The notes under the pieces were generated by a model that saw only the letters and a program-made list of their open reading frames with translations, had not been told where the DNA came from and ran no database searches. From the NCBI GenBank assembly GCA_037134915.1, contig JBAXLJ010000004.1, positions 40,702 to 104,701 of the forward strand: 64,000 bases of DNA, in the 5' to 3' direction. The translations under genes were made by a program, and so were the position numbers. Origin of the DNA: Candidatus Falkowbacteria bacterium. Lineage in GTDB: Bacteria > Patescibacteriota > Patescibacteriia > Patescibacteriales > UBA12465. How positions within the stretch are numbered: position 1 is the first letter of the stretch; every line of letters starts with the position of its first letter. Below, piece after piece: positions 63,981 to 64,000 of the stretch.

Positions 63981-64000
63981 TGCGCCCAGCTGGACTCGAA
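63981..64000 (-). tRNA. 3' end of a second tRNA, truncated by the window edge
   Basis: The reverse complement reads TTCGAGTCCAGC-TGGGCGC-A (T loop, T stem, acceptor strand, discriminator). Identity cannot be determined. Confidence 0.5.

Overview
AT-rich, gene-dense 64-kb chromosomal segment with about 65 protein genes, one complete tRNA and one edge-truncated tRNA. Spacers are short and many convergent gene pairs share hairpin terminators. I found no rRNA, CRISPR array, integrase, transposase or other mobile-element hallmark. Standard code 11 fits, because long conserved genes are uninterrupted by TGA.

Content in order:
- MacA/MacB-type efflux operon (adaptor, ATPase, two FtsX permeases) plus MarR.
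- Minus-strand block: MgtA-type P-type ATPase, a Zn-ribbon protein, a Com-like micro-ORF, an isoprenoid-synthase-like 560-aa protein, a histidine kinase and an OmpR-type regulator.
- Metallophosphoesterase-ZnuA-CapA operon, then a second OmpR regulator and a class B PBP.
- CIRCE-controlled hrcA-grpE-hsp20-dnaK-dnaJ.
- F1Fo ATP synthase cluster (atpZ-B-E-F-H, a gap, then atpA-G-D-C) followed by a 541-aa protein with a beta-carbonic-anhydrase-like zinc-site signature.
- tatD, uppP, a cytidylyltransferase, mltG, and three large envelope proteins, at least one of them GT-C-like.
- miaB-miaA, a tandem pair of unknown paralogs, gatB, and a frameshifted FGase-like gene.
- Minus-strand dTTP-synthesis operon: dCMP deaminase, thyA, DHFR-like, kinase, tmk-dut fusion.
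- Three GT2 genes plus galU, a PEGA/beta-propeller protein, murA, rplU, recR-ybaB-dnaB and tRNA-Thr.

Shortened proteins (HrcA, AtpH), fused proteins (Nudix-GrpE, Tmk-Dut) and the overall gene repertoire suggest a small-genome Patescibacteria/CPR-like bacterium. That assignment is inference only.

Most noteworthy:
- the CA-like protein appended to the atp operon;
- the kinase-coupled isoprenoid-synthase-like protein sitting behind an internal terminator;
- two antisense micro-ORFs splitting the atp cluster;
- the conserved-core, divergent-tail tandem paralogs;
- the collinear dTTP operon with its Tmk-Dut fusion.
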